Shown here one piece after another: positions 8,524 to 18,583 of a stretch of 64,000 nt of DNA (position 1 is its first letter; each line of letters starts with the position of its first letter). The position numbers and the translations under genes were made by a program. Source of the DNA: Actinomycetota bacterium (lineage in GTDB: Bacteria > Actinomycetota > Actinomycetes > Mycobacteriales > Mycobacteriaceae); contig JBFMGT010000001.1 in the NCBI GenBank assembly GCA_040752555.1, positions 402,352 to 466,351 on the forward strand. The letters are read 5' to 3'. The notes beneath the pieces were generated by a model. It made no database searches. It saw only the letters and a list, made by a program, of their open reading frames with translations, and was not told where the DNA came from.

Positions 8524-9384
8524 ATGTCGTATGTGAGTCCGAGCGAGTTCGTCGGCAAGATGATCGATGCCGGCGAGTCCAAAGCGTTGATGTCAACCCG
8601 CGACATCTTGATTCGAGCCTTCATGGCAGGCGCCATCCTTGCTCTCGCGGCGGCGTTCGCCGTGACCATCACCGTGCAGACCGGCAACGCGTTGCTCGGC
8701 GCGGTCCTGTTCCCCGTCGGCTTCTGCCTGCTCTACCTGCTCGGATTCGACCTGCTGACAGGTGTTTTCACGCTCGTCCCGCTGGCCATGCTCGACAAGC
8801 GTCGCGGCGTGACGGTCAGGTCGATGATGCGCAACTGGGGCCTGGTCTTCGTCGGCAATTTCGCCGGCGCCATCCTCGTGGCTCTCATGATGGCGGTCGT
8901 GTTCACCTACGGCTTCAGCGTCGACCCCAACGAAGTCGGCCAGCGGCTCGGCGAGATCGGGCACAGCCGGACGGTGGGGTACGCCGAGCACGGTGCCGCA
9001 GGCATGTTGACACTGTTCATCCGCGGCGTGCTGTGCAACTGGATGGTCTCCACCGGCGTCGTGGCGGCGATGATGTCCACCAGCGTCTCGGGCAAGGTCA
9101 TCGCGATGTGGATGCCCATCATGCTGTTCTTCTACATGGGTTTCGAGCATTCCATCGTGAACATGTTCTTGTTCCCGTCGGGTCTCATGCTGGGCGGCGA
9201 CTTCTCGATCGGCGACTACCTGATGTGGAACGAAATACCCACCGTGATCGGCAATCTCGTCGGTGGACTGACGTTTGTGGGGCTGACGCTCTTCGCCACG
9301 CACGCCCGCACCGGCGACACACGACTGGTCGAACTACCCTCGGAGGATCGCGCGCTGGTGACGACAGGACGGAGTGCTCGATGA
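8524..9384 (+). CDS. Formate/nitrite transporter (FNT) family, likely cyanate channel
   Basis: DLLTG, GNFAG, GVLCNWMV, GFEHSIVNM motifs; ATGA overlap with cyanase. Confidence 0.9.
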   Translation: MSYVSPSEFVGKMIDAGESKALMSTRDILIRAFMAGAILALAAAFAVTITVQTGNALLGAVLFPVGFCLLYLLGFDLLTGVFTLVPLAMLDKRRGVTVRSMMRNWGLVFVGNFAGAILVALMMAVVFTYGFSVDPNEVGQRLGEIGHSRTVGYAEHGAAGMLTLFIRGVLCNWMVSTGVVAAMMSTSVSGKVIAMWMPIMLFFYMGFEHSIVNMFLFPSGLMLGGDFSIGDYLMWNEIPTVIGNLVGGLTFVGLTLFATHARTGDTRLVELPSEDRALVTTGRSAR

Positions 9385-9830
9385 CCCCGATCATGCCCAA
9401 GAGTGAGGCTGCGGAACTGATCAAGGCTGCCCGCATCCGCAAGAAGCTCGAATGGTCCGACATCGCGGCGGAGATCGACGCGCCACTGGTGTGGTGTGTG
9501 GCCGCCCTGCTCGGCCAGCACCCCATGCAGGCCGCTCAGGCCGAGCGGGTGTGCGCGCTGCTCGACCTCGACGGTGCGGTGGCCGAGAGTCTTCAGCTCC
9601 AGCCCAGCCGAGGTATCGACCCCGCGCTCATGTCTGATCCGACCATCTACCGGTTCCACGAGGCTCTCGCCGTCTACGGGCCCGCCCTCAAGGAGCTGAT
9701 CCACGAAGAGTTCGGTGACGGCATCATGAGCGCCATCAACTTCAAGGTCGACATCAAGCGTCGCGAGGATCCGGACGGCGACCGTGTCGTGGTCACGCTG
9801 GACGGAAAGTTCCTCGACTACCGCTGGTGA
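9381..9830 (+). CDS. cynS: Cyanase (cyanate hydratase)
   Basis: DPTIYRFHE, FGDGIMSAINF, GKFLDY signature. Confidence 0.95.
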   Translation: MTPIMPKSEAAELIKAARIRKKLEWSDIAAEIDAPLVWCVAALLGQHPMQAAQAERVCALLDLDGAVAESLQLQPSRGIDPALMSDPTIYRFHEALAVYGPALKELIHEEFGDGIMSAINFKVDIKRREDPDGDRVVVTLDGKFLDYRW

Positions 9831-9910
9831 CGCGGACGCCACTCGAGCGCCTACCTCATCGTCCGCTCGCACTGCTTCCAGAAGCTGGTGAACGAGGGTA
9901 GCCACGGGGT

Positions 9911-9941
9911 CGGACACGCCCCGGACACGCCCCGGACACCC
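9911..9941 (+). repeat. 11-bp tandem repeat CGGACACGCCC x~2.8
   Basis: Direct reading, just upstream of MFS start. Confidence 0.8.
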
Positions 9942-9964
9942 GCTGGCTGCGAGGATGTCCACCC

Positions 9965-11329
9965 ATGACCACACGCGAACCGGACCTGGTCGACGGCGTG
10001 CCGCGCGGGCGGATCGTCGTCGCGTCGATGGTGGGCACCACCATCGAGTTCTACGACTTCTACGCGTACGCCACCGCCGCCGTCGTGGTCTTCCCGCACC
10101 TCTTCTTCCCCAAGGGCAACCCCACGACGGCGCTGCTCGCATCGCTGGCGACCTTCGGCCTCGCCTTCGTCGCGCGTCCCCTCGGGTCGATCCTGTTCGG
10201 GCACTTCGGCGATCGGATCGGACGCAAGACCACGCTGGTGGCCTCGCTGCTGGTGATGGGCATCGCGACGTTCCTCATCGGCGTGCTGCCCACCTACCAT
10301 CAGGTGGGGTTGCTGGCCCCGGCGCTGCTTGCGCTCATGCGTTTCAGCCAAGGCCTGGCGCTCGGTGGCGAATGGAGCGGCGCCGCCCTGCTGGCCACTG
10401 AGACCGCCAAACCCGGCAAGCGCGCGTGGGCGGCCATGTGGCCGCAGCTCGGCGCCCCGTTCGGTTTCCTGCTGGCCAACGGCGTGTTTCTCATCCTGGT
10501 GCTGTGGCTGGGCTTCAACACCGCCAGCCCGGATCTGGACGGCGCGTTCCTGACGTGGGGTTGGCGCATCCCGTTTCTGCTCAGCGCGGTGATGGTGGCG
10601 ATCGGGCTTTACGTCCGGCTGCGATTGACGGAAACCCCGGTGTTCGCCCGCGCGATTGCCCGCGGGGAGCGGGTGCGTGCCCCGCTGGCCGAGGTGTTCC
10701 GCAACCACTGGCGTCAGTTGATCATCGGCACGTTCGTCATGCTGGCCACCTACACGTTGTTCTACGTCGTCACCACCTGGGCATTGAGCTTCGGTACCGC
10801 CAAGAAGACGCCCACCGGTGGGGGATTGGGTATTCCGTATCTCGAATTCCTTCAGCTGCAGCTCATCTCGGTGCTCTTCTTCGCTGTCATGTTGCCGGTC
10901 ACCGGACTGCTCGCCGATAAGTTCGGCCGCCGGGTGACGCTGCTGGTGATCACCGCGGCGATCATGGTCTACGGCACCACCTTCGGGTTGCTGCTCGACC
11001 CCGCGTCGGCGACGACCACCTCGACGCTGGTGTTCCTGATCATCGGAACGACGTTGATGGGCCTGACGTTCGGACCGATGAGTGCCGTACTGCCCGAACT
11101 CTTTCCGACCAACGTCCGGTACACCGGATCCGGTGTCGCCTACAACGTCGCCAGCATCCTCGGCGCGGCGATCGCACCGTTCGTCGCGACGTGGTTGGCC
11201 ACGTCCTACGGGGTGGCGTGGGTGGGCGTCTATCTGTTGTGCGCCGCGCTGCTGACCGGCATCGCGCTCCTGGTGATGCGCGAGACGCGCGACGCCTCGC
11301 TCGACGACATCGAGCAACTCGTTCCGTAG
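9965..11329 (+). CDS. MFS metabolite:H+ symporter (MHS/ShiA-like)
   Basis: GTTIEFYDF, FGHFGDRIGRK, QGLALGGEWSG, ELFPTNVRYTG. Confidence 0.92.
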   Translation: MTTREPDLVDGVPRGRIVVASMVGTTIEFYDFYAYATAAVVVFPHLFFPKGNPTTALLASLATFGLAFVARPLGSILFGHFGDRIGRKTTLVASLLVMGIATFLIGVLPTYHQVGLLAPALLALMRFSQGLALGGEWSGAALLATETAKPGKRAWAAMWPQLGAPFGFLLANGVFLILVLWLGFNTASPDLDGAFLTWGWRIPFLLSAVMVAIGLYVRLRLTETPVFARAIARGERVRAPLAEVFRNHWRQLIIGTFVMLATYTLFYVVTTWALSFGTAKKTPTGGGLGIPYLEFLQLQLISVLFFAVMLPVTGLLADKFGRRVTLLVITAAIMVYGTTFGLLLDPASATTTSTLVFLIIGTTLMGLTFGPMSAVLPELFPTNVRYTGSGVAYNVASILGAAIAPFVATWLATSYGVAWVGVYLLCAALLTGIALLVMRETRDASLDDIEQLVP

Positions 11330-11666
11330 CGGGGGCGCCCAGTGGAGCGGCCGGCCGCGCCATCACAACGAACGCCACCGGGACGGCGGATGCGCCGGTC
11401 ACGCAAGGAGTGCGCCTCGATGACGCAATTCAGATTTATTGAATGTAACTAGAAAAACATTCGATACCACGTCCGTCCGTTGCTCATGGATGCCACTGAA
11501 TTGACTAGCGGCGACGCCGTTCAGGGATGATCCAAGGTGCCGCCCAGGCTTGGCGTCTGCGATAGGGCGGCCGAGTCGATCCCTCCGCAACATCGCTTCG
11601 CATCCGGCCGAACAGAATTTTACAAGGCGCAGATATTTCGGCTTCTTGTGTCTATGCTAAGCGACC

Positions 11667-12965
11667 ATGCCGATCCGGGCGCAGATGAGCTTCCTCAAAA
11701 TGTACGGGCCGAGCGGTGCTGCGGGCCTCGTCGACGACGTCACCAGTGGTGTCGTGCGGATGGCTCGGCGAAGGCCGATTCCCAGCGGCGTCCAGATCAC
11801 CGACTTCGATCCGCTCGACTCGGAGATCACCTCGGACCCTTATCCGCATTATCGCGAGTTGCTGTCCCGCGGGCCGGTTCAGTACAACCCGCGCCGCAAG
11901 GTCTACATCCTGAGTCATTTCGAGCATGTACGGGCGGCTGCTCGAGCCTCTGACGTGCTCTCCAGTGCCGACGGTGTCTCGTTCAACCGCATGCGTGCAC
12001 CGTCGATGTTGACGACGGATCCGCCCCGGCACACCGCGATGCGCAAGCAAGCCCAGCCGACCTTCACCCGCGGTGCGGTGGAGGCCTGGCAAGCCATGGT
12101 CGAAGAGCTCGCCGTGGAGCACACCACCCAGCTGTTCTCCACGCCCGAGGCCGACGTGATCAAGACGCTGGCCGAGCCCTTGCCGACCGCTGTCATCGCG
12201 CACATCCTCGGCATCGCCGACGATGATCTGGCGGCCTTCAAGGAATGGTCCAACGAGACCACCCGGCTGGGCCAGGCGAACCTGTCGCTGCATGGGATGA
12301 AGCAGGCGATGGCGGGCATGAAGGCGATCGGCCACTTCCACGAGTACTTCACCAACAAGCTGCGCAACGGTGAATTGCTCAATGAGGAGACGGTATTGGG
12401 CAGGTTGGTCGCCAACGCCCATCAAGGCAAACTCAGCAACGACGAGCTGTTTTTCTTCGCGTTCCTGCTACTGCTGGCCGGCAACGAGACCACCACGAAC
12501 ATGTTGGGCACGTTGTTTTGCACGCTGTCAGACAATCCCGACCAACTGCGCTTGCTGCATGAGCGCCCTGACCTCATCCCGAGCGCCGTCGAAGAACAGC
12601 TGCGGTACTACTCACCCATCCAGGGCTTGTACCGCACGGCGCGTGCCGATTACGTCGTGGAGAACACGGTGATTCCCGCCGGAGCTCGTGTACTGCTCCT
12701 TCTTGGTGCGGCCAATCGGGATCCCCGTCAGTTCGAGGACCCCGATGAGTTCCGGGTGGAGCGCAACCCCGGACACATGTCGTTCGGCTCGGGTGTTCAC
12801 CTATGTCTGGGTGCACCGCTCGCCCGACTCGAAGGCCGTATCGTGCTGCGCGAAATCGTCAAGAACGTGGACCGTATCGACATCGTGGGAGCCCCGATAT
12901 GGCGGACCAATCCGGTACTTCGGGGTCTGGCGAAACTCGACGTGCGGTTGACACCTCGCCCGTAG
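11667..12965 (+). CDS. Cytochrome P450 (start uncertain)
   Basis: AGNETT I-helix, EEQLR (ExxR), FGSGVHLCLG heme motif. Confidence 0.95.
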   Translation: MPIRAQMSFLKMYGPSGAAGLVDDVTSGVVRMARRRPIPSGVQITDFDPLDSEITSDPYPHYRELLSRGPVQYNPRRKVYILSHFEHVRAAARASDVLSSADGVSFNRMRAPSMLTTDPPRHTAMRKQAQPTFTRGAVEAWQAMVEELAVEHTTQLFSTPEADVIKTLAEPLPTAVIAHILGIADDDLAAFKEWSNETTRLGQANLSLHGMKQAMAGMKAIGHFHEYFTNKLRNGELLNEETVLGRLVANAHQGKLSNDELFFFAFLLLLAGNETTTNMLGTLFCTLSDNPDQLRLLHERPDLIPSAVEEQLRYYSPIQGLYRTARADYVVENTVIPAGARVLLLLGAANRDPRQFEDPDEFRVERNPGHMSFGSGVHLCLGAPLARLEGRIVLREIVKNVDRIDIVGAPIWRTNPVLRGLAKLDVRLTPRP

Positions 12966-12981
12966 AGTCGGGGCTGAGCCT

Positions 12982-15327
12982 TCAGACCGTGCTCACCGTC
13001 GGGAAGCTGATGACGAGCGTGCCGCCCATTCCGTCGGCCACCGCCACGAATCCCGTGCCGTCATCGGTGAACACCGGCGCGGTGGCGCTCGCTCCACCCG
13101 CCCGGTCGATCGCCTGAACGAGTTGTGCGCCAGCCGATGTCAGCGCATACACGCCGGCACCCGGTGCGTTCGTGTAGTCCAACAGGTAGGCGGTGCCGGA
13201 GGGGTCGAACGACAGCAGCCGATAGTCGCCGGTCTCGGTCAACGTGTCGACCGGCTGCTGGAAAATGCTCAGCGGAACGACGGTGTTGCCCGCGGCGTCG
13301 AAGCCCACGATCTTGGTGATCGTCGAATTCGGTGTGCCGGCGAAGAAGTAGCCGACGTCGTCCGGGCCGAACATCACGTCGAATGAGCCCTGGGCCACAG
13401 TTCCGGGCACCACCTCGGTCAGCGTCCCGGTATCGAGCGCGATCACCTGGCGAGCAGTCGTCTGGCCTGGGTCGGGCCCGTAGTAGTCGAGGAGTTGGTA
13501 GGCCGCGCCGTCCGGGCCGAAGAACACGGTGCTCGCCGACGCACCTGCCGGCAGGTCGATGGTGCGGGCGATCGAGCCGTCCGGATTGATCACCGCCACG
13601 TGGTCGATGCCGTCGGCGCGGTAGTTGACGTACCCCACGTGCTGCCTGCCGGTCGTCGCCCCGCCACTCGTGCGCACTGTCCGGGTCACCAACGCGCCCG
13701 GCAGGCTGGTCGTGGTGACGTTGCCGTCGGGCGCGACGATCGCAACCGCGCCGGTGTTCAGCGACGGATGGGTGATCGGCACGAAGACGCTGCCGTCCGA
13801 CGTGATCTGGAACGCGTAGCCGGCGACGCGGCCCGTGATCGGGTCAGACGTCTCCGCGCCGGCAGAGGTGATCTTCGAGATGTAGGTGGTTCCGGTGCCG
13901 TTGTCGGTGTTGCCTGCGTAGGTGAACGTCTCCAGGTACAGCCCGTCGGCGGTGACCACCGTGGTGCCCGGCAGCCCATTGACCGTCCGCGCCGTGCTGC
14001 TGACCCCGTCCAACGCGTAGACGCGAGTTGTCTTGGCTCCGAACAGTGTCCGTTGGCCCGCCGTCACGTAGACGGTGCCGTCCTGCCCGAGGATCGGGGC
14101 GCTTGCCGTGGAACCGTAGGGCAGCGCGATGGTCCGCGTGGCACCCGACGGGGTGTACACCCGCAGTGCCGAGGCGCCGAATTGCGACGACACCAGATAG
14201 GCCGTGCCGTCAGGCTCCAGCCCCAGCGACGTGGTGTAGGGGAGGATCTGCGCCGAGTTGGACGGCGAAATCCGGTAGTAGCGATGGGGAATGGTCTCCC
14301 CGAACGTGCCGAACGGCTTGGGCAATCTGGTGCTGAAGTACAGCGCCCCGTCGGCGCCCACGCGCACCCGGCCGTCGGGCGAGCCGGTGATCGTCTTGAT
14401 CGTGGTCACGGTGCCGCTGCTGTCGACGCTCGAGATCGTCGACCGGGTGCCGCGCTCGTTGGCAGTGATCAGGACCAGCGTGCCGTCGGGACGAGTCACC
14501 ACCCCGCCGCGCAGGTAGCCGTCGATGTCACCACTGTCGGCGAGTACCTGCGCGTTCTTGTCGAGGATGAAGACGCGGGCGCTGCCCCCGCCCGTGGTGA
14601 CCTGGTAGATGGTGCCGTCGGCGGCGATGATCGGCGACTGATAGGCCTGGCCGGGCAGGGCGGACATCCCAGATGCTTGGACGTCGGGTGCAGCAACCGC
14701 GCTGCTAGCCGCTGAATATTTGCTGTTCGCGTCAATTTCGTGGCGACGCGCGGAGGCCAGCATCGTCCACAGCAAGGGAGCGGCGGTCGACGGATTCGGC
14801 GTCTCGTCCGAAGGGGCCGTCGCCTTCGGGGTGAACAGCGTCGTGAGCGCCGTGGCCAGTGGGCGAGCCGGCTCGTCGGCGGCCTCGATGACGTCACCAT
14901 TGGTTGTCTCGGTCGCTGTGCGCGGGCTCGGGTTGGCTGTCAGCGCCGGCTGCTGCGGCGCCGATGGTTCGGCGGCAGGCTCAACGTCCGGGGTGTCGTG
15001 CGCGGCAGTGCGCGGCTCGTCGCTAGCGTCGCGGCGTTCTGCGATCGTTGCCCGCTTTGTCCTCGTAGCAACGGAATTGCGCTTCTTCTCCGCAGAAGCG
15101 TCGTCGCCGGACGCTGCTTCGGTTCGCTTCGTGAACAGACCGCGCCGCACGGGCTTGCCGGCCGCTTCACCACCGGCCGACTCCGTACTGGGCCCCGCCG
15201 TCGCGCTCACCGAGCCGGCCTCGTCCGGCTTCGCCCACGCCTCCCCGGGTATCGCCACGATCGCGAAGCCGATACCGAGTGCGACGGCCAGCGCGCCGAC
15301 GCGTCCTATGTGCGTGTTCTTCTGCAT
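12982..15327 (-). CDS. Secreted protein: mycobacterial HIGRVGALAVALGIG leader, low-complexity linker, repeated beta-strand (propeller-like) C-domain
   Basis: Leader sequence; recurring xGPDG/xADGTxY turn repeats. Confidence 0.75.
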   Translation of the reverse strand: MQKNTHIGRVGALAVALGIGFAIVAIPGEAWAKPDEAGSVSATAGPSTESAGGEAAGKPVRRGLFTKRTEAASGDDASAEKKRNSVATRTKRATIAERRDASDEPRTAAHDTPDVEPAAEPSAPQQPALTANPSPRTATETTNGDVIEAADEPARPLATALTTLFTPKATAPSDETPNPSTAAPLLWTMLASARRHEIDANSKYSAASSAVAAPDVQASGMSALPGQAYQSPIIAADGTIYQVTTGGGSARVFILDKNAQVLADSGDIDGYLRGGVVTRPDGTLVLITANERGTRSTISSVDSSGTVTTIKTITGSPDGRVRVGADGALYFSTRLPKPFGTFGETIPHRYYRISPSNSAQILPYTTSLGLEPDGTAYLVSSQFGASALRVYTPSGATRTIALPYGSTASAPILGQDGTVYVTAGQRTLFGAKTTRVYALDGVSSTARTVNGLPGTTVVTADGLYLETFTYAGNTDNGTGTTYISKITSAGAETSDPITGRVAGYAFQITSDGSVFVPITHPSLNTGAVAIVAPDGNVTTTSLPGALVTRTVRTSGGATTGRQHVGYVNYRADGIDHVAVINPDGSIARTIDLPAGASASTVFFGPDGAAYQLLDYYGPDPGQTTARQVIALDTGTLTEVVPGTVAQGSFDVMFGPDDVGYFFAGTPNSTITKIVGFDAAGNTVVPLSIFQQPVDTLTETGDYRLLSFDPSGTAYLLDYTNAPGAGVYALTSAGAQLVQAIDRAGGASATAPVFTDDGTGFVAVADGMGGTLVISFPTVSTV

Positions 15328-15448
15328 GGCGCCCCCGTCGCGTGCCAGTCTGGTCCCATCGAATCATCCTGGGAACTTCCTGGGAGCGAATCGGGGGATC
15401 CCCTCGTCTTTGCTTTGGTCCTGCAGAGCAAACGTAGGGGACCGCGAA

Positions 15449-16429
15449 TCAGTGCGGGAAGTCGATGACCAGGCGCGGCGGCCCGTCGAGGACCGAGACG
15501 AGGAACGGAGTCCGCTTGCGCAGGCCGACGGCCCACGTCACCACCGCCTCGAAGTCGCCGGCCGCCTTGGCCTCGGTGATGACCACCGTGTCGCCGCTGA
15601 CAGAGGCCGGCCCGAAGTAGGTCTGCACCCCCTCCGTCCACCCGTTGCCCGTCGCTCCGGTCAACACGACCTCGACGAGTGCGTTGGCTCCGGGCAGCGG
15701 TATCTCGTTGCCCGACCCATCCATGTGTGCCGGCAGTGGCCGGTAGCCAACGCGGTAGGCGGGCACGCCGTCGCGAAACTCCATCACGAACCGGTCTGCG
15801 TTCTCGCGTGCGGCCACACGGACGGCGACGAGCTCGCCCGTGCCCCCTGTGCTCGTCCCGGTGACATCTGGCGACGGGGCATCAGGACGCGGGGTAGGGG
15901 CAGGGCTCGGGACAGATGTCGTCGGGCCGATGGTCTTGTCGCACTCACCCGCAGCCCGCCGCTGGGCGATAAGCTCGTCAATGGGTACGCCGTAGTCCCA
16001 CACGAAGTCGGGGTCCGGCGCGAGGACCCACTTGCCGTCTTCGTAGAGCATCGTCTTCGTGTCGGCGAACCCGCTCAGTCGGGGGATGTCGATGTTCCAG
16101 CGGACGATCGCCGTTGTGGGATCGTCGAGCCGCACCCCTGTGGCGTGCGCGGGTAGCCCCGTCTCCGAGCAGGTTTGCTGGAGGGTCACGTAGTCGGATT
16201 GGCTGATCGCATCACGCTGCTGCCGGGTGAGCATCAGCCAGACACCCGCGAAGTCGCCGGAGGTGCGACGGTCGGCGACCTCTTGTGACGACGCCGTGGC
16301 CGCCTCCAGGGTCTGCGGCTCACCTCCGGTCAACGCCGGGGGTATGGAGATGTGATCGGGAAGCGTCATCTCGCAGCCGGCGAGGAGCGATGCCAAGGCC
16401 AGCGACAGAGTGATCTGCACACGCCGCAC
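15449..16429 (-). CDS. Lipoprotein with C-terminal AMIN-like domain
   Basis: Lipobox LLAGC; C-term DRFVMEF...DFEAVVTWAVGL...PF.V..L..PPRLVIDF. Confidence 0.75.
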   Translation of the reverse strand: MRRVQITLSLALASLLAGCEMTLPDHISIPPALTGGEPQTLEAATASSQEVADRRTSGDFAGVWLMLTRQQRDAISQSDYVTLQQTCSETGLPAHATGVRLDDPTTAIVRWNIDIPRLSGFADTKTMLYEDGKWVLAPDPDFVWDYGVPIDELIAQRRAAGECDKTIGPTTSVPSPAPTPRPDAPSPDVTGTSTGGTGELVAVRVAARENADRFVMEFRDGVPAYRVGYRPLPAHMDGSGNEIPLPGANALVEVVLTGATGNGWTEGVQTYFGPASVSGDTVVITEAKAAGDFEAVVTWAVGLRKRTPFLVSVLDGPPRLVIDFPH

Positions 16430-16438
16430 AGATCGAGA

Positions 16439-16756
16439 CTAGCCGGTCAGCGCGAGCCTCGCGACGATTGGCGGACCGACGGGGGACATGTCGAAATCCG
16501 CGTGATCCTCGTCGAAACCAGCACTGGCACGGTATCTCTCAGCAATCGCGGGCGGATCGGTGTCATGTGGGTACCCGATGAGCGCAATCACGCGGTGACT
16601 TGTCGGGCCGACGTCCACCCAGAGGCCGTGCACTGTGCTGCCGTATTTGCGCAGGCTCGCGATGTGGCGCGGCCAGAACGACGCGGTGTAGTCACGCACC
16701 GCCGCCGCGCTCGGCAATGTGTAGATGCGTAATTCCGTTGTCCCGGTCGGTCTCAT
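16439..16756 (-). CDS. NIPSNAP-like protein
   Basis: ELRIYTL...F..HIASLRKYG..VHGLW pattern. Confidence 0.65.
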   Translation of the reverse strand: MRPTGTTELRIYTLPSAAAVRDYTASFWPRHIASLRKYGSTVHGLWVDVGPTSHRVIALIGYPHDTDPPAIAERYRASAGFDEDHADFDMSPVGPPIVARLALTG

Positions 16757-16761
16757 CGGTA

Positions 16762-17646
16762 TCAGCGCCGCTTGCTGTTGGTACCCAGCGGGTCCAGTTG
16801 ATCGTCGGTGGCGTCGTCGGCGGCTGTGGACAGACTCAGTTTCTCCCGCTGTCGGTCCGCGGCAAGCAGATCACGTCCGGCGGCGGTCGCGTAGCGGTAG
16901 GCGTCCGGCCCGACCAGGAGTCGGGTCGGCGGTTCGGGCATCTCGACGACATCGAGCAGCAGCGCGGCCACCTTGGCGGGGTCACTTGCCCCGATGGTTG
17001 CGGTGTTGCTCATCGTTGCGGCGGCCCCGACCGTCGGCTGATACTCCTCACGAATCGGATCGACGCGCATCGACGATCCCGCCCAGTCGGTGCGCATGCC
17101 GCCGGGCTCGAAGACCGTCACCGTGATGCCCAGCGGCGCCACTTCCTGGGCCAGGACGCTGGAGAAGCCGGTGACCGCCCATTTGGCTGACTGATAGGCG
17201 GCCAGTCCCGGTCGCGTCACCCGGCCGCCCACCGACGAGATCTGGACGATGTGGCCGGAGCGTTGGGTGCGCATGACGGGCAGCGCAGCCTGGGTCAGCC
17301 GCACCACGCCGAGGAAGTTGGTGTCGATCTGGGTGTGGAAGTCGTCGAAGTCCACGTCCTCGATCGCGCCCATGTTCGCATAACCGGCGTTGTTGACCAG
17401 TACGTCGAGGCTCCCGAAGTCGTTGACTGCAGCCATGACTGCAGCACGAACCTGGCCGCCATCGGTCACGTCGAGCGTGACGACCGACAGAGCGTCGGGG
17501 TATGCGGTGGCAAGGTCGTCCAGGGCTGATATCGAGCGGACACCGGCAACCACGCGGTGCCCTGCTCTCAGTGCCGCTTCGGTGATCGCGCGGCCGAGGC
17601 CGCGAGAGGCTCCGGAGATGAGAAAGACGTGTGACTGATCGGTCAT
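16762..17646 (-). CDS. SDR oxidoreductase
   Basis: SGASRGLG, NNAG, SSVGG, YQSAK. Confidence 0.92.
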   Translation of the reverse strand: MTDQSHVFLISGASRGLGRAITEAALRAGHRVVAGVRSISALDDLATAYPDALSVVTLDVTDGGQVRAAVMAAVNDFGSLDVLVNNAGYANMGAIEDVDFDDFHTQIDTNFLGVVRLTQAALPVMRTQRSGHIVQISSVGGRVTRPGLAAYQSAKWAVTGFSSVLAQEVAPLGITVTVFEPGGMRTDWAGSSMRVDPIREEYQPTVGAAATMSNTATIGASDPAKVAALLLDVVEMPEPPTRLLVGPDAYRYATAAGRDLLAADRQREKLSLSTAADDATDDQLDPLGTNSKRR

Positions 17647-17903
17647 GAGAACTCCTTGCGTGGATCGATATCGGACGGGTGATCAGGAAACGGACCGAAT
17701 GGTGCCGCCGATGTCAGGTCACCCAGGACGGCGACGGCCTCGCCCCCGTTCGCGCGGATGGCGTCGACCGCCGCAGACGCCCTGGCCTGGTCGCGTCCGT
17801 GCACGACTACTGAAACACCGTCTGCTGCCGGCGTTTCGGCGATTGCGCAACCGATGCCGGTGCTCGACCCGGTGATCAGTGCGCGTCTACCGGTCAGACC
17901 CAT
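17643..17903 (-). pseudogene. Truncated SDR (N-terminal Rossmann fragment only)
   Basis: ITGSSTGIG...HGR...GDL then runs into unrelated tail and stop after ~86 aa. Confidence 0.75.
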
Positions 17904-17923
17904 GTCCACTGTCGCTCTCCAAA

Positions 17924-17960
17924 TCTACAGTCGTATACATGCTAGGTATACAAACGTAGA
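17924..17960. promoter_or_regulatory. Symmetric operator TCTAC-N4-GTATAC-N7-GTATAC-N4-GTAGA
   Basis: Dyad between the divergent SDR fragment and TetR. Confidence 0.6.
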
Positions 17961-17991
17961 CTTGTTCCGGTCTATTCCCTACCATGGGGAC

Positions 17992-18573
17992 GTGACCACC
18001 CGCTCGTCGTCGCGACCTCGCAATGCGGAGGCCACTCGCGAGGCCATCCTGGCCTCGGCGGTACGCAATTTCGCACGTGCCGGGTATGACGGAGTGGGCG
18101 TCCGCGAGATCGCGGGCGATGCTGGTGTCACCGCCATGTTGGTGAACAGGTATTTCGGCTCCAAGGAGCAGCTCTTCGCAGACGCGGTCGAAGCATCGTT
18201 CGCCGCGCCCACTTTCGTCGCCGAGCAGCCGCAGTTTTCTGCGCGGGAGACCGCAGTGGCGCTGGTGGCCCGCTCTGCGCCGGACGGCGATGAGCTGGCC
18301 CCGTTCCTGATCATGCTTCGGTCAGCGTCGAACCCGCGCTCCGCGGAGATCGTCGTCGATGCCATCGAGCGTCATGTGGGCAGGCGATTGACCAGGCAGC
18401 TTTCCGGCCCCGGCCGGCAGGTGCGCAGCGACGTCGTGCTGTCTGTGATCAGCGGAGTGCTGCTGATGCGACGGGTCGTCGGCACCCGGGCTCTCAACAG
18501 CCGAGACGCCGAGGGGCTCACGGACATTCTGGAGGCCGTGTTCGATGCCATTGTGAATGTCCGACCCAGTTGA
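17992..18573 (+). CDS. TetR family regulator
   Basis: FARAGYDGVGVREIAGDAGVTAMLVNRYFGSKEQLF; GTG start at 17992. Confidence 0.9.
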   Translation: MTTRSSSRPRNAEATREAILASAVRNFARAGYDGVGVREIAGDAGVTAMLVNRYFGSKEQLFADAVEASFAAPTFVAEQPQFSARETAVALVARSAPDGDELAPFLIMLRSASNPRSAEIVVDAIERHVGRRLTRQLSGPGRQVRSDVVLSVISGVLLMRRVVGTRALNSRDAEGLTDILEAVFDAIVNVRPS

Positions 18574-18583
18574 CAGTCAGCGC

